A DNA stretch of 64,000 nucleotides from Gammaproteobacteria bacterium (GCA_963422205.2 CAXMWX010000001.1:160001-224000); one strand, 5' to 3'. Positions 1 to 11,255 are shown, counted from the stretch's first letter. The notes: a model not told the origin generated them from the letters alone. Translations and numbers: made by a program.

Positions 1-3000
1 TTGCTACTGAATAGAAAAATCATTCTGTTTTTGTTGCTCGTGCTGGCCATCTACATCGCGCTGAATTACCTGATAATCAACGTGGTGGTGGTGGACTCAT
101 TTAAGGAAGTTGAGCAGCAGGCCGCCGTTGCTGATACCCGGCGAATCGTCAATGCGATTGCACAACGACTGGAAGCGATCAAGCACAATGCCATTGATTA
201 TGTGCATCGTCATGCACTCGCTGAGCGAATACGTGCTGGCAGCGGTCATGCCGAGGGTGATAATCACAATTCAGCAGCGCATCTGCAACAGATCGAGCTT
301 GCCATGCGTTTGCTCTACAGCAATGAAGGCCGGCTGATCGCCCATAGTATCATCGATAGCGATGGTCAAACGATCACAGACATCAACACTTTGTTTATTC
401 AACCGCCGCTCCCGGATGATCGGCTGATATACCATGCCACTGCCGATAGCTTTGTCACCGGCATCATCAACACCCGCTTAGGGCCGATGTTAATCGCCTC
501 CCTGCCGGTGCTGTCAAACCTGCCGCACGGCGGCACCATCGGCACGTTCATCCAGGGCAGGTTATTGAATCAACCCGAGGTGCTGGCTATCTCCCGGCAG
601 ATCGGTGTGGATTTTACGGTCTTTAACGATGCAGAGGCCCCTGAGTTGGCGGCGATGATGGCAGATAAGGCCGCTGATCCGGCAAGCCATGCAAAGGCTG
701 ATGTGCAGCATGCTTATGCTGAATTGAAAGACATCTATGGCGCCCCGGTGGCCTGGATCAAGACCGTGCCGCCTTTGGGGATTTCCCTGACGGGCAAAGA
801 AGCGGCCGGGATGGCATTTTTTATTGAACTCATCGGCGGCATCATGTTAGTGCTGGGGATCTGGTTTTTTCTGCTGTTTTTCGTGATCGGCCGGATCAGG
901 CAACTGACCCGCCATGTCACCATGATTGAGCATGAGGGGGATTTAACCAAACGCCTTAATCTGACCACGCCGGATGAGATAGGCACCCTGGCCCGAAAAC
1001 TTGACCAGCTGATTGAGCAGCTACAGAAAACCAGTCATGAGCTGGCAGATTCTCGCGATAAAGCCCTTGAGTTGTCGAACGTGAAGAGTGAGTTTCTGGC
1101 CACCATGAGCCATGAGATCAGAACGCCGTTAAATGGCATGTTGGCGTTTGCTGAATTATTGCAGGATTCGGATTTAACGCCGGAACAAAAGCGTTATGCT
1201 GAATTGATATGCAGTTCGGGTGAAAACCTGCTGGGTATTATCAGTAATGTACTGGATTTCTCAAAAATAGAAGCAGACAAAATAGAGCTGGAGATGGTGG
1301 AGTTTGATCTGCGGAATCTGGTTGAGGAGGTCAGCGAAGTGCTGGCGGTGCGTGCCCATGACAAGGGGATTGATCTGGTGCAGGTGATTCCGCCGAATTT
1401 GCGTGAACAGCTCAAGGGCGATCCCACTCGCCTGCGTCAGGTGCTGATCAACCTGCTGGGTAATTCGATTAAATTTACTGAACACGGTCAGGTGGTGATC
1501 CGGGTCTCTACTGACAAGACGGACAATGAGAATGAACTTGATGTGCGGTTTGAAGTGGAAGATACCGGCATCGGCATCATGGAGAAGCAAAAACAAAATA
1601 TCTTCAAGGCATTCACCCAGGAAGATGGTTCAACCGCCAGGAAGTTCGGCGGCAGTGGCCTGGGCCTGACGATTTCACAGCAACTGGTCAGGAAAATGGG
1701 CAGTAACATCTTTGTAGAAAGCAAGCCCGGGGAGGGCTCGCTGTTCTGGTTTACCGCAAGATTTGAAACCCTGCTGGATGCCGAGAGCAAGACCCGCATC
1801 CCCACGGCGTACTTGAGAGATAAACATGCAGTCATCGTCGATGATAACCAGACTAATCTGGAGATACTGGAGTTACAGCTTAAAAACTGGGGCTTAAATA
1901 CCGCATCGTATACTGATGTCGCCGTGATGCTGGCCTCGTTACGGGACGATAAGCCAGGCCACTGCGATGTGTTGCTGCTGGACAGGAAGCTGAACGATAA
2001 GGATGGCATGGAACTGGTGCAGGAGATACGCAAGTTCCATCTTTTGCATGCAACCCCTGTCATTATGCTCAGCTCTTCTCTGGCGCCCACCCGGCCTGAA
2101 CAGCTACAGCAGTTAAATATCACGCATGTGTTGCAGAAACCGGTGCGCCAGGCGGATTTGTATAAAAGTTTATCGGAAGTCCTGGGCAAGGTGCCGTCTG
2201 AGTACCGGAAAAAAGTTGATCATCTTGCCCCCAGTAATCAAGCGGTCAAATTCAATGCACGCGTATTGGTGGTAGAGGATAATGCGATGAACCAACTGGT
2301 GGTCTCCACCGTGCTGGAGAAGTGTGGTTGCAGCGTGGTGATCGCCAACGACGGGCAAGAGGCCATCCATTTCTGGCTGCATAACGAGATTGATATCATA
2401 TTGATGGATCTCAGGATGCCAGTCATGGACGGGTTCACAGCCGCAACCGCGATACGGGAGAAAGAAAGAGAGCAAAACAGCAAAAAGCCGGTACCGATCA
2501 TTGCCTTGACCGCCGATGTGGTGAAAGAAGTGAAAAGCAAGGCGCTGACCGCAGGTATCAATGATTATCTGACCAAGCCATTCACACAGCTTATGCTGAC
2601 CACGATGTTCGCCAGGCATATCCCGCATCTGCGCTATCAGGTCGCCGATAACCAGACCGATAATCCGGCGAATGATGGCAAGCAGGATAAGCAGACCGCG
2701 GCCGTCTCCTCACATATCGATTTGAACGCCATTGAGTTATTGCGTGATCTGGTAGAGCCTGATGATAATGACAATGTGGTGGTTGACATGATCACATCGT
2801 ATTTTAAGTCCAGCCAGCACCTGATGCAGTCCGTTAAGGATTTTCAGAGTGATCACAATCTCAAAGCCGTGGCCGAGGCGGCACACAGCCTGCAATCGAG
2901 CAGCGGTTATCTGGGCGCTTTTAACATGGTGGCCGCCTGCAAACAGATCACGGCCGCCTGCAAGGCAGACGATGCCGAGACAGTCGCCCGGCTGTGTCAG

Positions 3001-3069
3001 TCCATACAGCAGGAATATGAACAGGTTTTGATTGCCCTTAACCAACTGATAGAGAAAGAAAACACCTAA
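1..3069 (+). CDS. Hybrid sensor histidine kinase (CHASE4-like sensor, HAMP, HisKA, HATPase, two REC, Hpt)
   Basis: H-box FLATMSHEIRTPLNG, N-box QVLINLLGNSIKF, G-boxes DTGIG and GGSGLGL, two receiver domains, Hpt AHSLQSSSG. The TTG start is at the window edge, so the 5' end is uncertain. Confidence 0.9.
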   Translation: MLLNRKIILFLLLVLAIYIALNYLIINVVVVDSFKEVEQQAAVADTRRIVNAIAQRLEAIKHNAIDYVHRHALAERIRAGSGHAEGDNHNSAAHLQQIELAMRLLYSNEGRLIAHSIIDSDGQTITDINTLFIQPPLPDDRLIYHATADSFVTGIINTRLGPMLIASLPVLSNLPHGGTIGTFIQGRLLNQPEVLAISRQIGVDFTVFNDAEAPELAAMMADKAADPASHAKADVQHAYAELKDIYGAPVAWIKTVPPLGISLTGKEAAGMAFFIELIGGIMLVLGIWFFLLFFVIGRIRQLTRHVTMIEHEGDLTKRLNLTTPDEIGTLARKLDQLIEQLQKTSHELADSRDKALELSNVKSEFLATMSHEIRTPLNGMLAFAELLQDSDLTPEQKRYAELICSSGENLLGIISNVLDFSKIEADKIELEMVEFDLRNLVEEVSEVLAVRAHDKGIDLVQVIPPNLREQLKGDPTRLRQVLINLLGNSIKFTEHGQVVIRVSTDKTDNENELDVRFEVEDTGIGIMEKQKQNIFKAFTQEDGSTARKFGGSGLGLTISQQLVRKMGSNIFVESKPGEGSLFWFTARFETLLDAESKTRIPTAYLRDKHAVIVDDNQTNLEILELQLKNWGLNTASYTDVAVMLASLRDDKPGHCDVLLLDRKLNDKDGMELVQEIRKFHLLHATPVIMLSSSLAPTRPEQLQQLNITHVLQKPVRQADLYKSLSEVLGKVPSEYRKKVDHLAPSNQAVKFNARVLVVEDNAMNQLVVSTVLEKCGCSVVIANDGQEAIHFWLHNEIDIILMDLRMPVMDGFTAATAIREKEREQNSKKPVPIIALTADVVKEVKSKALTAGINDYLTKPFTQLMLTTMFARHIPHLRYQVADNQTDNPANDGKQDKQTAAVSSHIDLNAIELLRDLVEPDDNDNVVVDMITSYFKSSQHLMQSVKDFQSDHNLKAVAEAAHSLQSSSGYLGAFNMVAACKQITAACKADDAETVARLCQSIQQEYEQVLIALNQLIEKENT

Positions 3070-3106
3070 TCTTTCCAGTCCCCCGGCCCATGACATCATC
3101 GTCCGG

Positions 3107-3526
3107 CTAAAGCAGGTCCAGGCAGGGCAGCAGGATCAAGCCGCCAGTCAACAGCCCCATGATGCCGAAGTATTTCTGGCCTTTGCAGAAAAACAGCACG
3201 GCGGCCATGAAACAGGCCGGGATTACCGAGAAGACGCCAGTCACGATCCCCAGCATCACCAGCGCATCACCGTGCCAGGGCTTTTTCAGGTACCAGTAAT
3301 GATCGGGCATGTCGGCCACGGAATGAGACCAGATGTCAGCAGGCGAGCCGCCCGCCAGCACCGCCTCAAAGACATAAGCAGGTGCTAACACATCATCCAT
3401 CACCAGCAGGGACAAGGTCGTGCCGATGATAACCAGCAGCGCAGCGATAATCGTGCTCCAGTAGATAATACCACCGTATACCCTGCCGATGCGCTCTGCC
3501 GTGTCAGGAATATGTGGTGTTTGCAT
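3107..3526 (-). CDS. Small membrane protein, DUF1634-like partner of TauE exporters
   Basis: Three hydrophobic segments; lies 12 bp downstream of the TauE gene on the same strand. Confidence 0.6.
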   Translation of the reverse strand: MQTPHIPDTAERIGRVYGGIIYWSTIIAALLVIIGTTLSLLVMDDVLAPAYVFEAVLAGGSPADIWSHSVADMPDHYWYLKKPWHGDALVMLGIVTGVFSVIPACFMAAVLFFCKGQKYFGIMGLLTGGLILLPCLDLL

Positions 3527-3538
3527 CCCGCCGCCTCA

Positions 3539-4564
3539 TCACAGCAAAGGTATGTCAACCGCTGTCATGCCCTCAATACCACGGGCGATCAATTTAACGC
3601 TGGTGGCGAGCAGCAGGATAATCAGCAGTTTTCTGATAAAGCCAGCATTGATATTCGCCAGCACATGGGCGCCAATGATGCCGCCGACCACCTGCCCCAG
3701 CATCCAGGGCGCCACAAACAGAGGCAAGACGGCGCCGATGCCGATATAAGGCCAGATCGCCGCCGCATTCCCCAGCGCCAGCAACACCCCGCTGCTGCCC
3801 GCCGCCAGCTTCAGCGGCACATACATCAACATGTTAAACACCGGCACCACCGCCCAGCCGCCGCCAAGGCCAAAGAAGCCGCCGATAAAGCCCACCAGCA
3901 ACAGCAGGCCGTATCTGCCCCGCCTGACTTTATAGGCGACCTCATCGTTCAGGTGTTTATCCCAAAACGAACCGAACAAGCCGATATGTCGGGCCAGCAC
4001 ACCCAGCCGGTCATTCTCCGGGGTCTCGGAGCGGCTGCCACCCAGGATGAATAAACCGGCAATACCGGCGATCAATAACCCCAGCAGCAGGCGCACAACA
4101 GCATCGCTCCCCGCCCCGGCATGATGGGCAAAATAGATGGCGGCGTAGGCGCCTGCAATAGAGCCGCCGATGATCGGCACCGAGCCAAAGAATACCAGCT
4201 TGATATCGGCCAGCCCGCTACGCATCAGGGGGCCGGAGGCGATCAGGCCGCTGAACATGGCCACCACCAGGCCACTCGCCCGCACGATTAAGGTATCCAT
4301 CGAAGTAAAGCCCAGCAGGATAGGGGTAAACATAACGCCGCCGCCGATACCGCCGATGACAGCGATGATGGCGATCAGCAGGCTGAACAGGAAGGAGATC
4401 AGCATGACCCCCACGATGAAGTGCACCGGCTGATGGCCGCCGGCGGCACTGTCGGCAAACAGGGCGATGAGGATATAGGAGAGCAGTAACAGCAAGACCA
4501 GCAGCGTTAGCTCCGGGATTCGTAAATACAAGGGTTTCTTCTGTGATGAGGCAGTTTGCATCAT
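3539..4564 (-). CDS. Sulfite exporter TauE/SafE family
   Basis: Two repeated Gly-rich motifs (GGIGGGVMFTP and GLGGGWAVVP) in a polytopic membrane protein. Confidence 0.85.
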   Translation of the reverse strand: MMQTASSQKKPLYLRIPELTLLVLLLLLSYILIALFADSAAGGHQPVHFIVGVMLISFLFSLLIAIIAVIGGIGGGVMFTPILLGFTSMDTLIVRASGLVVAMFSGLIASGPLMRSGLADIKLVFFGSVPIIGGSIAGAYAAIYFAHHAGAGSDAVVRLLLGLLIAGIAGLFILGGSRSETPENDRLGVLARHIGLFGSFWDKHLNDEVAYKVRRGRYGLLLLVGFIGGFFGLGGGWAVVPVFNMLMYVPLKLAAGSSGVLLALGNAAAIWPYIGIGAVLPLFVAPWMLGQVVGGIIGAHVLANINAGFIRKLLIILLLATSVKLIARGIEGMTAVDIPLL

Positions 4565-4837
4565 GATCTTCGGTAATACGGCATCATGGTATGTCCGGCT
4601 TCAGCAAGGCACTATCGCATGCAGGCAACATTTTCATACTCGCCCATAGCCGCCGGATTATAATATAGCCCGTTAAGAGACAGTGCCATTATTTCACTAT
4701 GCAAACCCAGCACCGGCCATCATTGCCTGCCGGTGCAGTCGCTTGTCGACTGCCCGCAAATTTCAGGTAAACTTGCGGCTTTTTATCTGCAAGCTAACTC
4801 ATAAGCCACTGCGTGACCGATTAAGAGACAGCCTGTT

Positions 4838-5740
4838 ATGAGCACATTGACCCATCTGCAACGCCTCGAAGCGGAGAGCATCTTCATTATGCGCGAGGTT
4901 ATCGCCGAGTGTGAACGCCCGGTGATGCTGTATTCCATCGGCAAGGATTCTTCGGTGATGCTGCATCTGGCGCTGAAGGCATTTCACCCGGCCAGGCCGC
5001 CGTTCCCCTTGCTGCACATCGATACCACGTGGAAGTTTAAGGAGATGATCGCCTTTCGCGACAAGGTGGCCAGCGAGCTGGGGCTGGAGCTGATCGTGCA
5101 TATTAATGAAGAGGGGGTGCGGCAGGGTATCGGGCCGTTCACGCATGGCTCGCAAGTCCATACCGATATCATGAAGACGCAGGCGCTTAAACAGGCACTG
5201 GATAAATATCGATTTACTGCCGCCTTTGGCGGGGCGAGGCGTGATGAGGAGATGTCGCGGGCGAAGGAGCGCATCTTCTCTTTTCGTACCAAAGAACATC
5301 GCTGGGATCCGAAAAACCAGCGGCCGGAATTATGGGCTGTCTACAATACCCGCATTCACAAGGGCGAGAGTATGCGCGTGTTTCCGTTATCGAACTGGAC
5401 CGAGCTGGACATCTGGCAATATATTCACCATGAGCACATTCCTATCGTGCCGCTGTATTATGCCCGGCCGCGACCGGTGGTTGAGCGTGATGGCATGTTG
5501 ATCATGGTCGATGATGCGCGTATGCCGCTGCATGAAGGTGAGCAGCCCGCAAGGCGAGAAGTGCGCTTTCGCACCCTGGGCTGTTACCCGCTCACCGCGG
5601 CGGTCGAATCCACAGCATCCAGCCTGACCGACATCATTCAGGAGATGTTGCTGACCAACTCATCAGAAAGACAGGGGCGGGTGATCGATCATGATACCGC
5701 CGCCTCCATGGAGAAGAAAAAACAGGAGGGGTATTTTTAG
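4838..5740 (+). CDS. cysD: Sulfate adenylyltransferase subunit 2
   Basis: [10 protein letters not shown]-loop, [19 protein letters not shown]-terminal KKQEGYF. Confidence 0.97.
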   Translation: MSTLTHLQRLEAESIFIMREVIAECERPVMLYSIGKDSSVMLHLALKAFHPARPPFPLLHIDTTWKFKEMIAFRDKVASELGLELIVHINEEGVRQGIGPFTHGSQVHTDIMKTQALKQALDKYRFTAAFGGARRDEEMSRAKERIFSFRTKEHRWDPKNQRPELWAVYNTRIHKGESMRVFPLSNWTELDIWQYIHHEHIPIVPLYYARPRPVVERDGMLIMVDDARMPLHEGEQPARREVRFRTLGCYPLTAAVESTASSLTDIIQEMLLTNSSERQGRVIDHDTAASMEKKKQEGYF

Positions 5741-7645
5741 ATGGTGCATCAGTCGGCCTTGATCGAAACCGATATCGCTGCGTATCTCAAGGCACAGGAG
5801 CAGAAAAGTTTTCTGCGTTTTATCACCTGTGGCAGTGTGGATGATGGCAAGAGTACGCTGATTGGCCGCTTGCTCTATGACTCGAAATTGATCTATGAGG
5901 ATCAGTTACAAGCACTGGCAAGTGACAGCAAAAAGATGGGTACCCAGGGCGAGGAGATAGACCTTGCCTTGCTGGTCGATGGCCTGGCTGCTGAACGTGA
6001 ACAGGGGATCACCATCGATGTCGCCTACCGCTTTTTCTCCACCGACAAGCGCAAGTTTATCGTCGCCGACAGCCCGGGGCATGAGCAGTACACACGCAAC
6101 ATGGCCACGGCCGCATCGACGGCGGATCTGGCCATCATCTTGGTGGATGCGCGCAAAGGGGTGTTGACGCAGACCCGTCGGCACAGCTATATCGCCGCCC
6201 TGCTGGGCGTCAAGCATATCGTGGTGGCGGTAAATAAAATGGATTTGGTTGGCTATTCACGCACGGTGTTTGAACAGATAGCACAGGATTATCGCCTCGT
6301 TGCCAGACAGGCAAACCTCTCTGATGTCACCTGCATACCCCTGTCTGCGCTGCATGGCGATAATGTCACGAAGGCCAGCCGGCAGATGGACTGGTATCAG
6401 GGGGCGGCGCTGTTGCCGTTGCTCGAAGCTGTGGATGTGACACGAGAGAACAGCGGCATGCCGTTTCGTTTTCCGGTGCAATGGGTCAACCGGCCGGATC
6501 TGAATTTTCGCGGTTTTGCCGGCACCGTTAGCGGGACCGACATTCACACCGGCGATGCGATTACCGTGCTGCCCTCTGGCAGGCAGAGCCGCATCAAAAG
6601 CATTCTCACCCAGGCGGGCGAGGTGGGCAGTGCATCTGCCGATCAGGCGGTGACCTTAACGCTTGAGGATGAGATAGATATCTCCCGTGGCGATGTGATT
6701 TGCAAGGCCGATGCCGTGGCCGATCAGTCCAGTCAATTTGCCGCCCACCTGTTATGGCTGTCCGAACGCACCTTGCTGCCGGGGCGTGAATACCTGCTCA
6801 AGACCACCAACAAGCTGATCCCGGCGACAGTCACCGAGATCAAATACAAAGTGAATGTGAACAATTTCAAGCATGAGCCGGGCAAGTCGCTGGCGCTGAA
6901 TGAGGTTGGCTACGGCAATCTCAACCTCAGCCAGCCGATTGCCTTTGATCCGTATCAGGACAATCGCACCACCGGCAGCTTCATTCTCATCGATCGTTTG
7001 AGTAACAACACGGTGGGCGCCGGCATGTTGGCTTTCTCATTGCGCCGTTCGAAGAATATTATCTGGCAGGAACTGACGGTTGATAAAACGCGGCGCGCCC
7101 GGCTCAAACATCAGCGCCCTCATCTGCTGTGGTTTACCGGTTTGCCCGGTTCCGGCAAGTCGACCATCGCCAATCTGGTGGAGAAATGTTTGATCGATCT
7201 TGGTCGGCATACGTATCTGCTGGACGGGGATAATATCCGCCATGGCATCTGCAAGGATCTGGGGTTTACCGATGTCGATCGGGTGGAGAATATTCGCCGC
7301 ACTGGTGAGATCGCCAGGCTGATGGTCGATGCCGGGCTCATTGTGATTGCCGCTTTTATCTCGCCGTTTACCAGCGAGCGACGGGCGGTGCGTCATCTGC
7401 TGGCAGAAGATGAGTTCATAGAAATCTATCTCAACACATCGCTGGCCGTGTGTGAGAGCCGAGACCCGAAGGGGTTATACAAAAAGGCACGCCTTGGCGA
7501 GATTAAAAATTTCACCGGCATCGACTCACGTTATGAAGTACCCCAAAACCCGGCAATAACCATTAACACCGAAGCATGCACCGCCGAGGAAGCAGCGCTA
7601 AAGATCATGGAATACATCCAGCATAAAGGCTATGTCCATATCTAG
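5741..7645 (+). CDS. cysNC: Bifunctional sulfate adenylyltransferase subunit 1 / APS kinase
   Basis: GSVDDGKST, EREQGITIDVAYR and NKMD GTPase motifs; C-terminal APS kinase motifs WFTGLPGSGKST and LDGDNIRH. Confidence 0.96.
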   Translation: MVHQSALIETDIAAYLKAQEQKSFLRFITCGSVDDGKSTLIGRLLYDSKLIYEDQLQALASDSKKMGTQGEEIDLALLVDGLAAEREQGITIDVAYRFFSTDKRKFIVADSPGHEQYTRNMATAASTADLAIILVDARKGVLTQTRRHSYIAALLGVKHIVVAVNKMDLVGYSRTVFEQIAQDYRLVARQANLSDVTCIPLSALHGDNVTKASRQMDWYQGAALLPLLEAVDVTRENSGMPFRFPVQWVNRPDLNFRGFAGTVSGTDIHTGDAITVLPSGRQSRIKSILTQAGEVGSASADQAVTLTLEDEIDISRGDVICKADAVADQSSQFAAHLLWLSERTLLPGREYLLKTTNKLIPATVTEIKYKVNVNNFKHEPGKSLALNEVGYGNLNLSQPIAFDPYQDNRTTGSFILIDRLSNNTVGAGMLAFSLRRSKNIIWQELTVDKTRRARLKHQRPHLLWFTGLPGSGKSTIANLVEKCLIDLGRHTYLLDGDNIRHGICKDLGFTDVDRVENIRRTGEIARLMVDAGLIVIAAFISPFTSERRAVRHLLAEDEFIEIYLNTSLAVCESRDPKGLYKKARLGEIKNFTGIDSRYEVPQNPAITINTEACTAEEAALKIMEYIQHKGYVHI

Positions 7646-7651
7646 CTGAAC

Positions 7652-7728
7652 TGGTGCCCTGAAGAGGATTCGAACCTCTGACCTACCGCTTAGGAGGCGG
7701 TCGCTCTATCCAACTGAGCTACCAGGGC
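7652..7728 (-). tRNA. tRNA-Arg (anticodon CCT)
   Basis: Reverse complement folds as GCCCTGG TA GCTC-AGTTGGATA-GAGC G ACCGC-CTCCTAA-GCGGT AGGTC AGAGG-TTCGAAT-CCTCT TCAGGGC A CCA. Confidence 0.97.
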
Positions 7729-7888
7729 GATTCAGTCAAGCGGGCGCTTAGTATCTGATGATTATCCGCCTGGGGCAAGCTGGGCCGGGAGGTCTGTATT
7801 CTTAATCACAGTGTCAGGTGTTAAGATAGGCCCTGTCGTCTATCTCAATCAGCCGCATCACAGCCAGCCTGTATAAAGAGAACATACC

Positions 7889-8374
7889 ATGAGTGTCTCC
7901 ATCGTTGTTGCTATGGATGAGCAGAATGTGATTGGGCAGGGCGGTGGCTTGCCCTGGCATCTGTCGGCTGATTTGCAGAACTTTAAAAAGATCACCCTGG
8001 GCAAGCCCATCATCATGGGGCGAAAGACGCATGAGGCCATTGGTCGTGTGCTGCCGGGCCGGGAGAATATCATCATCACCCGGCAGACGGACTACACCCG
8101 CCCGGCGATCACTGTCTATCATACGATAGAGCAGGCAGTGAGCGCCTATGCAGACACGGTAGAGCTGATGGTCATCGGTGGTGCCGAATTATATGCCCAG
8201 ACCATCGGGCGCGCCCAACGTATCTACCTGACACGGGTTCATGCAAGCGTTGCTGGCGATGCCTGGTTTCCGGCGTTTCCCCTGCACGAATGGCAGCCGG
8301 TCTACCGCCAGGAATTTTGCCGGGATGAGCAGAATGACCATGCCTTCAGCTACCAGATTCTGGAACGAAAATGA
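7889..8374 (+). CDS. folA: Dihydrofolate reductase
   Basis: IGQGGGLPWHLSADL, IMGRKT, LPGR, VIGGA, GDAWFP. Confidence 0.96.
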   Translation: MSVSIVVAMDEQNVIGQGGGLPWHLSADLQNFKKITLGKPIIMGRKTHEAIGRVLPGRENIIITRQTDYTRPAITVYHTIEQAVSAYADTVELMVIGGAELYAQTIGRAQRIYLTRVHASVAGDAWFPAFPLHEWQPVYRQEFCRDEQNDHAFSYQILERK

Positions 8375-8401
8375 CAGGTCGGCCAGTCGCCTGGTCTGAT
8401 C

Positions 8402-9238
8402 TTAAGGGACGGTTGTCTGTTGTGATGGCACGCTGAAGTAACGCCCATCTTCCAGCCGCAAGGCCATCAGCTCGCCGCCCCACAGGCAGCCGCCATCAAT
8501 CGGATACACATTGAATCGGGCGAAGTCCTGTCCTGCCGTCAGCCGCACGGTAGACCAGTGGCCGAAGATAATTTTTTCCTGCCGGGTTTTTCTGTCTGGG
8601 TGAGCGAACCAGGGGATCAAGCCCTTGCGTGCTTTTGCCGGGCTGTTTTTCTCTTTAAGATCAATACGGCCATCGGCATGGCAGTAACGCAGGCGTGTCA
8701 GGCAGTCTGTGATGACACGGATTCGCCTCCAGCCGGTAAGATCGGCAGACCAGTTCGCCGTTTGCTCGCCATACATGGCCGCAAAGAACAGCGCCCGTTC
8801 ATCGCCACGCAAGACCGCCTCCAACTCCCTGGCCGCGGTCGTTGCGATTGCCCTATCCCAATGCGGATGCAGCCCGGCATGGGTCATGGTAAACCCGGTT
8901 GCCTCATCATGCAGCAGCAATGGCCGTCGGCCCAGCCAGTCAAGCAAGGTGTTTTTGTCCGTTGCCGCCAGTATCTCATCCAGGGTGTCTTTGGCCTGCC
9001 GCCGACCCTGCCCACTGGCAATGGCCAACAGGTGCAGATCATGATTGCCCAGAACCACTTCCGCCCGCTCTCCCAGGGCATGGACAAACCGCAGACAGGC
9101 CAGCGAGTCCGGCCCCCGGTTGACCAGATCACCGGCAAACCAGAGCCGGTCTTTTGCCGCATCGAAATTGATCAGCGCAAGCAGCGCCTGCAACTCGGCA
9201 TAACAGCCTTGCAGATCGCCGATGGCATAAGTCGCCAT
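8402..9238 (-). CDS. apaH: Symmetrical bis(5'-nucleosyl)-tetraphosphatase
   Basis: GDLQGC, GDLVNRGP, LGNHD, HAG and GHWS metallophosphoesterase motifs; directly follows apaG. Confidence 0.95.
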   Translation of the reverse strand: MATYAIGDLQGCYAELQALLALINFDAAKDRLWFAGDLVNRGPDSLACLRFVHALGERAEVVLGNHDLHLLAIASGQGRRQAKDTLDEILAATDKNTLLDWLGRRPLLLHDEATGFTMTHAGLHPHWDRAIATTAARELEAVLRGDERALFFAAMYGEQTANWSADLTGWRRIRVITDCLTRLRYCHADGRIDLKEKNSPAKARKGLIPWFAHPDRKTRQEKIIFGHWSTVRLTAGQDFARFNVYPIDGGCLWGGELMALRLEDGRYFSVPSQQTTVP

Positions 9239-9622
9239 TTAATGCAGGGTATTGGGTATGGCCAGACTGAAAGGGGCGATGGGTGAGTCGAACTCGACAC
9301 CATCGTCAGCAATAATATCATAGTGGCCCTGCATACAGCCCACGGGGGTCTCCAGCACCGCCCCGCTGGTGTATTGATAGGTTTGTCCCGGATTGATGCA
9401 GGGTTGTTCACCAATCACGCCATCACCATGCACCTCCTGCTTGTTATTGTTGGCATCGGTGATGATCCAGTGCCGCCGCATCAGCGTGCCTGAGATGGAG
9501 CCGCTGTTGGTGATTGAAACAGTATAGGCAAACACGAAACGTTTATCCTCAGGGATCGATTGCTCTGCTATAAAAGCAGTTTCAACCTCAACGACAAAGC
9601 GGTAGCGTTGTTTTCCTTTCAT
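9239..9622 (-). CDS. apaG: ApaG protein
   Basis: FAYTVSITN, RHWIITD, GDGVIGEQP, YTSG. The ATG at 9622 is more plausible than the GTG at 9688. Confidence 0.95.
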   Translation of the reverse strand: MKGKQRYRFVVEVETAFIAEQSIPEDKRFVFAYTVSITNSGSISGTLMRRHWIITDANNNKQEVHGDGVIGEQPCINPGQTYQYTSGAVLETPVGCMQGHYDIIADDGVEFDSPIAPFSLAIPNTLH

Positions 9623-9688
9623 GGGCGGCATTCTACCTGAAGTCAGCCGGTTGAAAAAATCGCTTTTTGAACCTGACCCCCGGCTCAC

Positions 9689-11210
9689 TCAAGGCATTCC
9701 CAGCCGTTGCCTGTCCAGATAGCGGTAAGAGATCGCTTCTGCCAAATGGTTAGCTTCGATCTGTGCCGATTGCTCCATGTCGGCGATCGTGCGGGCGACT
9801 TTTAATATCCTGTAGACTCCTCGGGCCGATAGCCGCAGGTGTTCAGTTGCCTGGCTGAGGAGTTGCTGCTGGGCCTTCCCAAGCCGGCACAGGGATTCAA
9901 GGGTGGCGTTGGTGAGCTTGGCATTCACAACCTCTTGCCGCTGCTCCTGCCAGGCCCGGGCACGGCTCACCCGCTCCCTGACCGCGGCGCTTTTTTCACT
10001 GTTTTTTTTGCCGAACTTCTGCATCAGCTCGGTGGTGATGTTGGTCACTTCAATATGCAGATCAATGCGGTCTAACAGGGGCCCGGAGATCCGCGCCCAG
10101 TACCGCCGGATCTGCTCGGCATTGCAGCTACAGCGGTCAGATTGATCGCCCAGGTAGCCACAGGGGCACGGATTCATCGCGGCAATGAGCTGGAAGGCCG
10201 CCGGAAAGCTGACCTGTGCGGCGGCCCGGGAGATACTGATCTGGCGTGATTCCAGCGGCTCTCTGAGCACTTCCAGCACATGCCGTTTAAACTCCGGCAG
10301 CTCATCTAAAAACAACACGCCGTGGTGCGCCAGTGAGACCTCGCCTGGCCGGGGGCGGCTGCCGCCGCCTGTGATGGCAACGGCCGATGCGGTGTGGTGT
10401 GGCATACGCATGGGCCGGATCTTCCAGTTTTCCGGCTGAAAGCCGCCGCGACTGATGGACTGGATGGCGGCGCTCTCCAGCGCCTCTGCCTCGCTCAAAG
10501 CCGGCAGAATCCCCGGCAGGCGCTCGGCCAGCATGGTCTTGCCGCTGCCCGGCGGGCCGACCATCAGCAGGTTATGCCCACCGCTGGCGCAGATCTCCAG
10601 GGCGCGCTTGGCATTGACCTGACCATGCACATCGGCCAGATCATGACCGCAGGTGGCCGGCATGGGCCGGGGCGGCGGCGGCATCGCCTGTAGCTGGCCG
10701 GGCTGGGTGAGTTCATGACATATCTCCAGCAGGTGGGTTGCCGGCAGGACGGACAAGTCCTGCACCATGGCGGCTTCGGCGGCGTTTGTCTCTGGCAGGA
10801 TCAGTTTTTTTCCCGCCTTGTGGACGGCGGTGGCAATCGGTAAGACGCCGCTGACAGAGCGCAGGCTGCCGGTCAGTGCCAGCTCGCCAATGAATTCATA
10901 ATCCGGCCAATGCGGTGGCAGGAAGCTGTTTTGATGCCGCCAGAATGCCGATAGCGATGGCCAGATCGTAACGTCCGCTTTCCTTGGGCAGATCGGCCGG
11001 GGCCAGGTTGATCGTGATGCGTTTCAACGGGAACTCAAAGCGGTTATGCAGGATGGCACTGCGTACCCGCTCTTTGCTCTCTTTCACCGCGGCTTCCGGC
11101 AGGCCGACGATAGACAGGGCGGGCAGGCCACGAGAGAGGTGCACTTCAACGGTCACTGCCGGGGCATGTATCCCCATCAATGCACGGGAATGAATGATAG
11201 CAATATCCAT
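9689..11210 (-). pseudogene. comM: ComM/YifB Mg-chelatase-like AAA+ ATPase, split by one extra base near 10903-10906
   Basis: The N-part (VGLPEAAVKESKERVR, NLAPADLPK) stops at 10896. The frame with DYEFIGELALTG continues through GPPGSGKT and LFLDELPEF to 9689. Could be a sequencing error. Confidence 0.85.
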
Positions 11211-11255
11211 TTATCGCCCTTCGTGGAGTCAGGTTGGGTCGGTTAAGGCCGGGGG

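Noticed and set aside
7652-7728. tRNA-Arg as an island integration site
   Set aside because: No integrase nearby and no duplicate of the tRNA 3' end seen in the window.
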